Below are positions 11,773 to 24,271 of a stretch of 64,000 bases of DNA, piece by piece (within the stretch, counting starts at the first letter, position 1; each line of letters opens with the position of its first letter). Source of the stretch: Phoronis australis (taxonomy: Eukaryota > Animalia > Phoronida); contig NMRA01000380.1 of assembly GCA_002633005.1 (NCBI GenBank), positions 270,645-334,644 on the forward strand, read 5' to 3'. Both the position numbers and the translations under genes were made by a program. A model generated the notes under the pieces. It was not told where the DNA came from. It saw nothing but the letters and a program-made list of their open reading frames with translations, and made no database searches.

Positions 11773-13009
11773 TAATAGCACTAGACACCAAATTTCGCAA
11801 TGACGTCATGCTAAACAATAGCGGAATCTAAGTGTAGACCTTAGGTGTCAATCAATTCAAACGGCATTTTTTAACTTCTTAAAGGCGACTCTTCTTCTCT
11901 CTGATTGTTCCCACCCACTGAACTTATTTCACAATTAAACAACATAACATAGTCGTCATCTAGTGACATGCAGCAGAGTAATTGTGATTTTGAAGTTGTC
12001 GCAGTCAAACTGTGCATTCTTATTTGACGTTTTTCCAAATGAAATAGCTCAAAAACGAAGTCAATAACACCATAATTGTTTCCTTTTATTACATAGAAAA
12101 TACCATGGCATCTAAATAGAGCGCAAAAGAACAAAAATCAATGGTGTAATTTTTTGTGTAGAAAACAAAACGCTAAAATGTGAGGTACTCAAAATCCAGA
12201 AAGACGTTTAGTTACACCGAAGGAAGAAAATCGGTGAACCAGGAAATATAAGTTAAGTCGTCAAAGCATAAAACTGACGTCGTAAAACGAAATTAATTCG
12301 TTTTCATAATATATCTTATTTATGGATTTCTGCAAAACATGTGTAGGCCTACTTTGACAAGTAAGTGAAGACAGTCTCATGCAGTTCAGTTTAGGAAAAG
12401 TTCTTTTTATTAGGGTCATGCATCGAAGGGGTACACTTTGAAAGGGTTTGGTTCCGAGGTCTTTAGTACAGTCTAAGGGGCAGTGTCAAAATTCCTTGTG
12501 GAAGATGGGTGACCCAGTTTCTAGTGGCTGACCCCTGGGGCCGGGCAAACGATATTTAGTTGCACGAAATTCATCGTCCTATGTCAGAATTCACTTAAAC
12601 ACTAATTTCTTGGAGGGTTATTTCGGATCATTGCACATGTCACCAGTGCGTATGCGTGGATGATATATTTCCCAAATTTCACAGAAACATCATCAGTTGC
12701 TTACAAGATGATTGTAAAAATGATCAATTAATCAGTGGACACATCAACACGCAACTCAGTAAGTATACCCTTGTAGGTAACAGAGAGGTTAACCCAGTTT
12801 TATGCGAGCAATTTGACAGAACCACATCTTTTTGAGAGGTTGGGCCATCGACTGGCAACACAATATAAAATCTAGAGGCACACAAATCGGACATTTTGAA
12901 TTAAATGTCGGATGTTAAGTTGGAAGATTTTTTTCAAATTCCTAACATAATTTTCAGGCAAATCCCGAAGGGATGCGTGATGACACAGTAATTGACGGGC
13001 GTCAGGAGT

Positions 13010-13108
13010 CTCTCTCGCTCTCTCCCTCCTTCCCTCCCGCCCTCCCTCNNNNNNNNNNNNNNNNNNNNCCCACCCTCCCTCCCTCCCTCTCTCTTTCTCT
13101 CCACTCTT
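13010..13108. repeat. (CCCT/CT)n polypyrimidine microsatellite with a gap at 13049-13068
   Basis: Read directly. Confidence 0.85.
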
Positions 13109-14130
13109 CACCAGCAGTGCTTTCCTAATAACGATCTAAGAAACGCTATTCTTGAAATTCTTCGGAAAAGGTTCAGATATTGTTATCGTTATAAAACCAT
13201 CGATGACATTGCCTTTGTGTGTTTGTGGTAGCCGTGGGTCCCATGTCTTGATGCCGCTGTACTTTGCCTGAACGTATTCTGTTTTCATGACTAATTTGAA
13301 ATTGTTGCCACTTTCCGCGTGAATAGTTGTTAGAACTGCTGGAGTTAAAGAGTGCAAAAGGGCAATCGTGACGGGTCGATGCCTCCAAGAGTGGACCTCG
13401 TCTTAGAGAGGGTCCCTTAGTATGACAGACATGCTATCCAAATACTGGTATACGAACATGTGTGTAGCGTATCCATCAAATGTCGCCATACTTGGAAGAA
13501 AGGTTTTAGAGTTGTAGCATCTCTACACGTTTTAACATGTTTGCAACGATGTAGAATGCCAGTGAAGGATAGTGATATTTTAAGATGTCAATGGCAACAG
13601 AATTTTTTCAAATGTCAACGTCACTTTTGAGTTCCCGGTTAAAAAATACAAAAGTGATAGCTCAACCCCCAGGACGAAAACGCCCGTGTAAACGTCTTTC
13701 AAAATTTGTCGCGCCACATCAGTTTTGATATTTTACCGAGCTCCTGGCGGTGCCTGTTGCTAGGTAATGGATCTACTTCTCGCAAATCCCTTGTTTTTAA
13801 TTTTGCAAGAAGAATGTGAATCATAAACATCACAATCCATGAATATGAAGTTCTTGATGACGTCCAGCCCTACTTTGACGGTCGTTTTTATAGTAAAATG
13901 TAACCTGTGATGGCGACATACTGCAGGAACTGTTTTGTAGGCGTTTACCAGTATATACAAGCAAGTCGTTAAAAAGAGCACTTACTGCACATCATTTGGC
14001 ATCTACAAATTGCTAGTCGAATTCGCGTTTTTCAATCGAACATCTTTAAACTGCTGTCGCTTTCCAACTTTCAAAAACTGTGTAAATGTAAAGGTTGCAA
14101 AAATGCTGTGAACTTAAGTGTCTACTTCAT

Positions 14131-14136
14131 TTTATT
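14131..14136 (-). promoter_or_regulatory. Candidate polyadenylation signal (AATAAA) of the GPCR transcript
   Basis: TTTATT on + lies ~1.6 kb past the GPCR stop, at the end of a segment that is U-rich on the minus strand. Position inferred only. Confidence 0.3.
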
Positions 14137-15713
14137 AACAAATAAAAACACTGAGATAAACAAAATAGAACAAAATGATTAACAACAACTTTTACAATGA
14201 AGCCATAAAAACTACATAAAATACTTTTTGGCAAACAGTCAAGTTTTATGACAAAATGGCACTACCGAATAAGACTAAGCAATCTGTACAAATAAGTTAA
14301 ACTTACATTAAACGAATGGAAAGCAAGCAAACCCCTGAGATTTCCAACTGGAATTGCATAATCTTATATCGATGTTTTTGCTTTACTTCTTTGCACTTCA
14401 AGCAAAAATATTACATTAGAGGTCGCATTACTGATACAAGCCAATACCACGGAACGTTCCGTAGAGGCTAGAATTTCAGTTGCAGATTCCTCGCTAGCAC
14501 GCTAAACGACACCTGTTGGTATTCTAATTCCATACACGCCTATATCGGCCACGTAAATACATGACACATTCATTGATACGCACAGACGCAAATTAGGATT
14601 TGACTTTTGCCCCAGAAATTTCCACCTGACGAATTTTTGCCCGTGGCTAGTTCACGGAAAATTGGCGAATACCACATTAATTTTTTTCCTGTAAAGAAAA
14701 TACATCGTCAGTCGGTTTGGCATAGAAAATGAATAATTATCAAGACATAAAAGCTCACGCTTTCTCCTGAAGAATTTATATCTTTTACGTCAGAGTTTTA
14801 AGTCAGAAACAACCACTTAACGACAGCGGAGATTGTTGAATGCACGGAATTTAAGGCATGCTACTTTTCACAATAGTCAATAAATTAATGGAACATTACA
14901 TCGTAATCATTGACTAAATTAAACATTATGAAGTCAGTTTCATAACCATACAAAATGTTATAGCAGCAAGATTCATTCTTTTAAAATCCAAAAATCAAAA
15001 GAACATTTACTAGAAATGTTCGACTTGCAAAACTGAAGCCTTCGCTAGGTGTCGGTAAGTTGTACAGAGGTCTGTGATCTAAAGCACCACCGTCTGTAAT
15101 TGATTGTGCTTGATGTGGAATCCAGACTGCTTCTTTAATACTTCAAAGTGGTGCCCAACCAATTTAAAACGTGGTTCCGTTGGAACGCATGGTCTGTAAT
15201 GGCATTCCTAGGAACCTTAGTCGGGATTCTCCATTGGCGCTGTCTGCCTCTACATCGTTCAAATGTTCCGTGCAGTGAAAATTTCTACCGTAGATATCTC
15301 CCATCGCGCGTACTGTTGCAGGAGTCCTAGGCCACAGCCACGGGAATGCCAACTGCAGTTATTGACAGGACATCCTAAGGTATTTAGACACGTACAAAAT
15401 GTCGCAAAACTCGATATTTTGCTAGAAAAACTTTCACTTCCAAAACGAGCACCTGGAGTTCAGGAAATGGAGTGGCGAACAGTTTTAAAATATTGGTTAA
15501 CTCCTAAAAACTGTGCCATTCCATTTCATCACTCGATTCCAATTGATGGTTGAGTCACGACAACGAACATTTTGAGTCTTGTTTCACAGTGTAAGTAAGT
15601 TGCCAAATGATCATTTACAGTAGTCCCGCATTTTGGGAACGCATTTTCTCCACTTAATAATGGACATCAAACACGCTCTTAACATCCGGGACTCCTGTAA
15701 GTAGCATAGATTA

Positions 15714-16949
15714 TCAAAGGTTGGATGTCTGTATTTTTATATGCCTGGCTATTGCAGGGCTATTTCCCGCCACTGTGGATATTGAATGAGTGCGCCTGAT
15801 CACGGCCGGGCTAGAGCGAGAGGGCGACATCCTTGAGGCGTTGAGTGTGTACCCGTATTCAGACTTTTGTCTCTTGATCATAGAGATGAACTCTCTTCTG
15901 AACTGTTTCCCGCTAGCCATGTAGACAAAGAAGGGAATTGCGTGGTATGTATAGAGCAACGTGCGTGAGCTAGCCTCCACCAGCCGAAACGTCGCAAAGT
16001 CACTGGCGTCCGTCTTGTCCCAGTATACCTCAAGAAAAAATTCCAAATGACTCGGAGTGACCATTAAAAGAAATACACAAGCTATCACGACGGTCATCAC
16101 AGTTACTGAGTGCATTTTGACGGACGCGAGATTCATCTTGTGGGCCTGACGCTCGTCGAAGTTGGTCACGTGGTTGTCCGCGTGACCATTCGGTTGTAGT
16201 AAACTAGGATGACTCCGATTTTGATAACTTTTCTCCATTTCTTTCATATACCTTTTGGCACTATACAGTCTTTTTATGATGCGAAGTCCACATACAATCA
16301 TAATGGCAAATGGAATAACGGCATACAGAATGATAACGCACCACGGTCTAAAGGTCCGCCAGTAAAATTTGCCCGCCTCACTTGTATATCCACATTCTAA
16401 TAGTCGAGTCGAGTTGCTGTTTTTGATAAAGACAGTTTCTCTTCCCTTTACAATTAAAACTCCTACGTTTTCCATGCAAATGAACACGGCAACGAAGATT
16501 AATATTTTCCGAGTTGTTTTCAGCGTACATATCCGCACCGCTTTGAATGGGTAGCATACGGAAACAAACCTCTCAATTGTGACAGTGACTAAAACCCACG
16601 CGGAGTAATCCAACGAAAAGTAGAGCAGAAGTCTGTGGAGTTTGCATAGACTTTCGTGGACATTTCTTACGTCCCAACCGAACATTTCTTTCGACCAATT
16701 GCGAGTTACTCCCGTGTACAGCACCATTAGATCCGCCAACGCTAGCACAGAAAGACACATCCCGACACTGCTCCTGCGAAGCGAGCGACGCCTGGTGACC
16801 AGAAAACACAAAATGTTCCCACACGTGCCGACAAGAACAACAATGGGCGGAAACACAAGCCATAAGTTTTTCACGAGACGTTTCGAGTACTCGTCAAAAG
16901 GGTCGATCGATTCTGTGACATTTTCTACAAGTTCAGTTGAATTCTCCAT
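15714..16949 (-). CDS. Class A (rhodopsin-like) 7TM GPCR, FMRFamide/peptide-receptor-like orphan, 411 aa, intronless CDS
   Basis: N-terminal glycosylation sequons (NST, NVT), TM1 GN, TM2 LALAD, Cys at the top of TM3, ERF at the DRY position followed by VSVCYPFK, TM5 IPF, long ICL3, TM6 xxTP, helix 8 SGKQFRREF, Ser-rich C tail. Confidence 0.95.
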   Translation of the reverse strand: MENSTELVENVTESIDPFDEYSKRLVKNLWLVFPPIVVLVGTCGNILCFLVTRRRSLRRSSVGMCLSVLALADLMVLYTGVTRNWSKEMFGWDVRNVHESLCKLHRLLLYFSLDYSAWVLVTVTIERFVSVCYPFKAVRICTLKTTRKILIFVAVFICMENVGVLIVKGRETVFIKNSNSTRLLECGYTSEAGKFYWRTFRPWCVIILYAVIPFAIMIVCGLRIIKRLYSAKRYMKEMEKSYQNRSHPSLLQPNGHADNHVTNFDERQAHKMNLASVKMHSVTVMTVVIACVFLLMVTPSHLEFFLEVYWDKTDASDFATFRLVEASSRTLLYTYHAIPFFVYMASGKQFRREFISMIKRQKSEYGYTLNASRMSPSRSSPAVIRRTHSISTVAGNSPAIARHIKIQTSNL

Positions 16950-16992
16950 GAATGGAGTGATGAAAGGTCCACCCGTTGTAGCGACGTGCTCC

Positions 16993-17008
16993 CTGTGAAA
17001 AAGAAATG
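16993..17008 (-). other. Splice acceptor 43 nt upstream of the GPCR ATG (5' UTR intron)
   Basis: The minus strand reads catttctttttcacAG|GGAGCACG; the exon would start at 16992. Confidence 0.6.
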
Positions 17009-18481
17009 TCCATCACTTAACTCATAATAAAATCAAATTTCAGCACTTTTTCAAAAATTGGATTCTAGCACATCTTATACGTGCTATCTCATCTCTAATG
17101 GTCTATTTCTCAATAATAGCAGACTCGATTAGGAAGCAATAGGGGTTGATCACATGGGACCGATGCCTAATATCTCCACCTGGCTTTCCAGAAGGTACTT
17201 GTTCGTAGCTACTGGCGTAGGCTAACATAGTTGACAGTCAGTGTAAAAATGTCCCTTTATTGGGTATGTAAAATTGCCTCGTCGTCCTCTAAAGGCTACT
17301 AGTATCCAGTCTCACGTGATCAGATGCCACGTTGCTACTTTAAAGTCTCCCATTGCGTTGCACGCCAAAAGCACCTGTACATTTTATTTTTACCCCGCAT
17401 CTTTATCAAGAAACAGTAAACCCGAGTCACCGACAAAAGAAGCAATGTAGTGATTGAATCCCATTATTGCAGGATCATCATTTTGTGTCAAACCATGGAT
17501 CGCGGTCCCTTGCGGTACTGATTACTACATGTTCTGGGAAAATCACATTTGAATTGTTAATGTGAAAATAATCATCGCACTGACGTAATGAGAAGTTGAT
17601 GTGCTCCGGGAACTGAACAGCAATTTATCGAATTTTTACAGATAGGAAAACAATCCCCAGATATTTAAATTGTAGCTCTTTTTCACTCTGCATTAAGAGT
17701 AGACATTATTTCCTTGGATACTACTATACAGATGCAAAGACATTACGTCGATGTCAAATATAGTGGCTAGCACGTCAGTTACACCTTCACATGCACACAA
17801 ACGCGCCGAGAGCGTACGTAGGTACTGGAACACTTATTCCCAGTTCTACGAGGTGGCGCTGTGCAGAAAGCGTATGCATTGTTCTCTGCTGAGAACTCAA
17901 GCGCGAGTCCAGGATCTTGACCAGGGCAATGGGCAGACACAAATGGTACTTTATTTTGATCCATTGCAGCAATACAAGTGGTTAAGCAAGGGATTCTGAC
18001 CCTTAGATTTCCTCAGGGTACACGTCCGTAACTTTTCAATTGTGTATACTTCGAAGAGTGCTGTTAGGCAACTTCGGGTAATAAGCCTAGGGAAGGTAAA
18101 TAACAGTTGTTCTTTCCTTGAGTTTTAGCAGGCATTTTAGTGAGCAAATATGGTGTCTGCATGGAATAATTAGAATGCGTTTCGTGGACTGGCAAGAAAC
18201 TTGCGAGAAATCTTCGTTTGTGGAAGAGAAAGTGTACTCTTCCTTGTAATTCAACAACGCAACTTCTCTGGCCAGTGGCCACCGTTTCGCTTGGGTAGTG
18301 ACGTTAGTAACATCCTATGTAAACTCTCGAACCGCTCGTCTTTCAAAACATGACCACAGCCCCGGAAAGCGCTTTCGCATAATATATAGATTCTCATTTA
18401 CTCCCTTGCACTAGTAAGACGGAGCTCAGAGGAGTAGGAGACACCTCTGTGCAATGCTCGATTGTCAGCCAGTAAAGTCAG

Positions 18482-18632
18482 CCTCCCGTTCAGTAACGCT
18501 AGGACCTCGCTAAAATGCAAGACTTCGCGAGATTACGTGACATATTGCCGTGCATTTTAAATGAGAACACGTGACTTTGACTAGGTTTTAGCTAGGTCCT
18601 AGCGTAGGTCCTAGCGTCTACTGAACGCACGC
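18482..18632. mobile_element. PIF/Harbinger-like MITE, copy 1
   Basis: Imperfect TIR CCTCCCGTTCAGTA / TACTGAACGCACGC with CAG on both sides. Near-identical copy at 24123-24271. Confidence 0.75.
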
Positions 18633-18695
18633 CAGGATTCGAACCCGGGTCTCCCTAAAGGGAGCCCGGAGCTCAAACACTCGTCTGGTCGAGTG
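18633..18695 (-). mobile_element. tRNA-derived SINE head interrupted by the MITE
   Basis: The minus strand contains CCCGGGTTCGAATCCTG (B box/T-arm) directly abutting the MITE target site. Confidence 0.45.
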
Positions 18696-19180
18696 GCTTT
18701 GCGTGGTCTTGCTGCTCGTGAGCATATCGACTCTACGAAGCGCACCTGTGACTCATATTAACACAATTTTAAGTAGAGGGTACAATTTGAGTTTGAATCG
18801 AGTAGCCCATGTAAAATGCACTTTGTCGTGTTTTTTTCGTGACCAGTTCTAAAACGGAAATATTTTGAGATCGCAGACCGAGGCAATGTTTTTCTTTTGA
18901 CGCAGACAATCTGAACACCGCGGCTATTGTGCTGAGATACTGAGATGATCTCTAAAGCATATCTGTTGGCCTGAAGCGTGCTGTTAAAAGCTCAACTTTC
19001 TTCCTGGGTGTACTTGCTTTTTCAAAACAATGTCGTCGCGTTCTTATATTCTTTGTCTGAGTTAAAACCTTTTACAATTAATAAATAGCTTGGAATGACG
19101 CAAGCGACTGAAACTGACCAGCAGTTTCCGGTCTGACGCAATATGAACCTGCCAGTTCTTAATTAGCCCATTTCTAATAT

Positions 19181-20873
19181 GAGTAAAGAACATAATCAGA
19201 ACGATTTCACAACAGCAAGTGGCATGAATCTAAAGTTGCGCGCGGGTCTATTGCCACTTTAAAGCCAATCTTCAACGGTAACACCTTTAAATTTGGTTCT
19301 TACAGTATGTTAATTGCATCGCTCTGAGCCAACTACTGAACTAGTGGTATAAATTGCTGAATGTAACCGTTAGGCTTGCTTTTATCTACGTCACCGCGAG
19401 AATCACCTGCGAATAACACCCGCACGTAATGGTGTTCTGTTCAGATCTCTATTCAATACAACTGCTATCGGTCTTTTGTTGTTTGTGCTGGGATCTCGCG
19501 GTGACACAACATGGCACGAAAAGGCAGCGTCACCTAACATTTGATGTGCCTACATTTGCGTGATTGAACTCGCGTTTTCTTATTTTACTAAGGCTTTACT
19601 GGGACCATCTGGTTAGCCCAATACGTCTAAAATAACAAAATTCCGTTAAGTTAGGCTTTAATAAAATCAACGATAATTGCTGACAAAGCTCATATTTTTC
19701 GAAGCTCTGTTACTACACTTTTTAAGCTTCATTCTAGTTAAACCCTCAAGTTAGTTCACTCGAAACTAAAGCCCAAACAATGCTCATTCAACACAATTCT
19801 AAATAGTTTCAAACTTAAACTGAATTAATGTGACTGTTTAGTCCTATTTTGATTTTTGGTGGCGCACTACCACCAAAACTCGTGGCCGCCGTAGTGAGCG
19901 ACAACTGACTCATGCATTATGGGTACTCACTCAAGTGCCGCCAGATATAATGAGGTTTCCGCGGAAACCCCGCCCACTTTAAAAATTAAGAAATCAATAG
20001 AAAAGTAAGCCCTGAAAATTACGAAATNGAGTAAAGAACATAATCAGAACGATTTCACAACAGCAAGTGGCATGAATCTAAGTCTATTGCCACTTTAAAG
20101 CCAATCTTCAACGGTAACACCTTTAAATTTGGTTCTTACAGTATGTTAATTGCATCGCTCTGAGCCAACTACTGAACTAGTGGTATAAATTGCTGAATGT
20201 AACCGTTAGGCGTATATTGGCTTGCTTTTATCTACGTCACCGCGAGAATCACCTGCGAATAACACCCGCACGTAATGGTGTTCTGTTCAGATCTCTATTC
20301 AATACAACTGCTATCGGCCTTTTGTTGTTTGTGCTGGGATCTCGCGGTGACACAACATGGCACGAAAAGGCAGCGTCACCTAACATTTGATGTGCCTACA
20401 TTTGCGTGATTGAACTCGCGTTTTCTTATTTTACTAAGGCTTTACTAGGACCATCTGGTTAGCCCAATACATCTAAAATAACAAAATTCCGTTAAGTTAG
20501 GCTTTAATAAAATCAACGATAATTGCTGACAAAGCTCATATTTTTCGAAGCTCTGTTACTACACTTTTTCCGCTTCATTCTAGTTAAACCCTCAAGTTAG
20601 TTCACTCGAAACTAAAGCCCAAACAATGCTCATTCAACACAATTCTAAATAGTTTCAAACTTAAACTGAATTAATGTGACTGTTTAGTCCTATTTTGATT
20701 TTTGGTGGCGCACTACCACCAAAACTCGTGGCCGCCGTAGTGAGCGACAACTGACTCATGCATTATGGGTACTCACTCAAGTGCCGCCAGATATAATGAG
20801 GTTTCCGCGGAAACCCCGCCCACTTTAAAAATTAAGAAATCAATAGAAAAGTAAGCCCTGAAAATTACGAAAT
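19181..20873. repeat. ~845-bp direct duplication (19181-20027 and 20029-20873) joined by one N; probable uncollapsed alleles
   Basis: Near-identical copies with small indels; N at 20028. Confidence 0.85.
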
Positions 20874-20882
20874 ATTTACATG

Positions 20883-20950
20883 TTAATGATACCTTTCAAA
20901 GAAACTCATCTGAGATGTACTAAATTGGTGAGTGTAAAGGGTATCTTTAA
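20883..20950. mobile_element. Tiny TTAA-flanked inverted-repeat element (Kolobok-like remnant)
   Basis: TTAA-TGATACCTTT ... AAAGGGTATCT-TTAA. Confidence 0.35.
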
Positions 20951-23900
20951 GAGCCAACATGGATGTAATCTGTGAAAGATAATCATCGTATCTGCTGTCT
21001 TGAACCATTTTGAAAGAAACGTTTACTTGCAGGCATCTTCTTGACATAAAATCAGCAATTTTTCAAGACGTTGCTGCATTTACCCGTCATATAATATCAC
21101 CAAAGTAAACAACTTTAAAGGAAAAGAAAATCTCAAGCGTTTTGTAAGTCAACAAGAATTCGATTTCTGCAACATTTTTGAAGGCTGATACATGAAAAGT
21201 AAATGCAATAAAAATATCGCCCTCTATACACATAAAATGACTAGAAGCCTGTCCTTCAAGAAGGTAATTTGATTCGACAAGAGTTTATGGTATAACTTTT
21301 TCTTCTGATTACGAAACTATACGGAAACTAAGAACTAGAAGCGGAACGTCTTCAATTTGCCCGTTCACTCAGCATTTGATTTTTGGCTAGTATACCCGAA
21401 TAACGTGCGACACGTACAGGATTATCGAAACAAATAACGTATCTATATATTTGAGTTGGAGTCAATAACAGTTTCGGGTACCTGACCAGAATTCAACCCG
21501 CCTCACATTGCCTGTGATGAGTATCTCCTTAAGTCGTCTCTCTCCTTCAAATGTCGGTATGTGTAAACGAAGCAGGGTGGGGCTCAAGGATGTTTAGCAA
21601 TTCAACTCACCTGTGATAAACTTAAATCACCTGTGTTGAGATATTCGCATACCACACTATTCCGACTCGTACACTAAGCATTTGCACTTTCCCAACAGCT
21701 ATTTGTAGGAAGGAGATCCCTCTATGTAAATTATTAGCAATCAATAAACGACACTACCTTAAAAGAGAGCTGGAACCTTGTTCATACCGTTTACGTCGCG
21801 GTGAACAGCAGTTATTCGATGTCTTCCAGTTACAAATAACCCACGTGACAAGTCGGCTATAACAAATATCGATGCCAACATGCTACAGATTAAAGAGATA
21901 AAAAGTTAGATAATTCATCTCAACTGCTATCGTGCTAAGTTGTGAAAATTCGCTCCGTGTCATCGCTTGACTGTTGTTTTTTGTACAAATTAATTTATAA
22001 ATAATCAAGGACGTTAGTAATGAAAAGCACGTTTCACCTTAAACCTAATTTGACTTCTCAAGTCACACGAGTGGCAAAATGGAAATGACGTATGTGAATA
22101 ATTTGCAACTTTGATTAAATTTCACGATGTTCTGAATCTCAAACACGGCAATTATCGCTTCTTCAAAAAACACATTTCGCCAAAAGTTGAGGAAGCTAAG
22201 AATAATCACGCGGCAAGATATTTTTATTCATTATAGTTCCAGTAACAACCACACAATAACACAGACGTGTAATCTCTGTGAGAGGATAAACAACGAAGTG
22301 TATTTAATATTTAAAGTGCTTTTATCTCGTTTAGACATCGGTGCGTTCTGCTTAATTATTTACATACACTAAACGGAAGATTCATCTCGTTCGTTTTAAA
22401 AATTAATAACTGTATTGCATGTTCTCTTTTTGAAAAAGCGGTGATCACCACCAACTTCAAATTCCTTTCCATTATTTAAGTTGCTTGGGATAATTAACCG
22501 ATGAATTTACAATAACATTTCATCATTTTCAAATTTGACAAAACGGTGGCGATGCTCTGAGTGTGAGACTATAGTAAATTTATCAGATTAAAATGGCAAT
22601 TTCTAAACGGTGTAAATCAATACAAACGGCACAGATTGATTGTAAAGGTGTAAATCAATTCTGAACGTGGTAAATAAATTTCTCACGGCGTAAATTAACT
22701 ATTAACTGCGTAAATTGATTATTATTTCAATCTACTTAAACGCTGGATTTCAGCGAATGAATGGCAGGCAAAAGGCTAAGACGAGAATGGGTGATATGTA
22801 ATGAAATGAAAAAATCTTCGGATCTCGTTGTTTTATAGTTCTGGTCAAAGCTAATGACGTCACGAACTCCATCCTATCCAACAGCAATCACAAAGATGCG
22901 CTTGCCGCCGATTATACCTCCGTAATGGGCAGTTCTGACATGTACTAATGCCGGCCAATCTAGGTGCGGGATAATGTAAACGTTACAATATTGGTCCATA
23001 AACATCCGTTGCTAACGAAAGCCGAAAGATACCTTTTCGACGACCTTGGGGCACTCACACAGCAGATCAAGGAATTACTGAGAATGAACAAGGAAAAGCG
23101 TCTGTCGGACATAAAAGTGTGTGGTGTAATACCTCATTTTGATGATCAGCTGAAAATTCGCCCACGAATATATTTCGCGCATTTGCAGATACGAAACTAC
23201 CAATACGTTCCCAATGGTGACAGTACATTCGACAGTGAAACGTGCCTTACCGTCCAGACTTATTCCCATGTACCAGAACATCAGAGGCTACCAACAAATT
23301 ATTACGTTGTCTTGTCGCGTGAAGAATGATCTATTTCCTAATGCCAGGTGTGGTATGGTATACCTTGCCCAGTGCACCTAATCGTGTAGTTCCAACCTCG
23401 GCACCGTCATTTAATCGATCCCACATCTGAATGAACCTTAGTTGATGCAAAGATACAGTCTTTGACTGATGGCAGTCGGATTACTGAAAGCGTGCATGTA
23501 ATGGGAACAGTTCATTTTTCCAAAAGGGCAATTTGTCATTGTGTGGTTCCATATGCCAGAAACAGTTTTAGTGAAATATCATGTACGTATGCAGCTGGCT
23601 TCCGCCATATTTGTTTTACGCTCGAGGAATTTTGTGACAATAAATATGGAGGGAGAACCTAACTAATCGTTATTTCAGGGTTAAGCGCAGACGACGAGCA
23701 ACGCACCTAGAATGAAATTTAACTCAGTTCAAGTTTGCGGCGAAATGAACTAAGAGGGGTTTTACTAGCGCAGTCGGTGGTGAGGCGAATGCCTCAGTTT
23801 TGGATTTCATTTACCTGGGCTGAGTTCAGTAGACCCAAGAATCTCCAGAAGGAAGCTAGTGTGATCACGTTATTTGATTGAAATACATGGCGATATATCG

Positions 23901-24122
23901 CGATGTCTTGATTGATCTTTCGTTTTTGCGAGGTTCTCTCGCACTCACTCCTGGCTGGCGTAAAATCCTCAGCCGATAGCATGCGGGCGAGATGTGCTAA
24001 GTGCTTAGCGGATTAGCTTCGGTAGTCAATGAAAATTAGTTTTTGCACCACATGACAACGACAAATCTCTCTTATTGGCTCACTCTAATCCTTTACACAA
24101 CATTTGGGAGACCAGAGAACAG

Positions 24123-24271
24123 CCTCCCGTTCAGTAAGGCGAAGACCTCGCTAAAAAGCAAGACTTCGCGAGATTGCGTGAGATATTGCCGTGCATTTTA
24201 AATGAAAACACGTGACTGACTAGGTTTTAGCTAGGTCCTAGCGTAGGTCCTAGCGTCTACTGAACGCACGC
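24123..24271. mobile_element. PIF/Harbinger-like MITE, copy 2
   Basis: Near-identical to 18482-18632; CAG at 24120-24122 and 24272-24274. Confidence 0.75.

Noticed and set aside
16209-16998. Several overlapping ORFs of 60-118 aa
   Set aside because: Antisense or alternate-frame shadows of the GPCR CDS.
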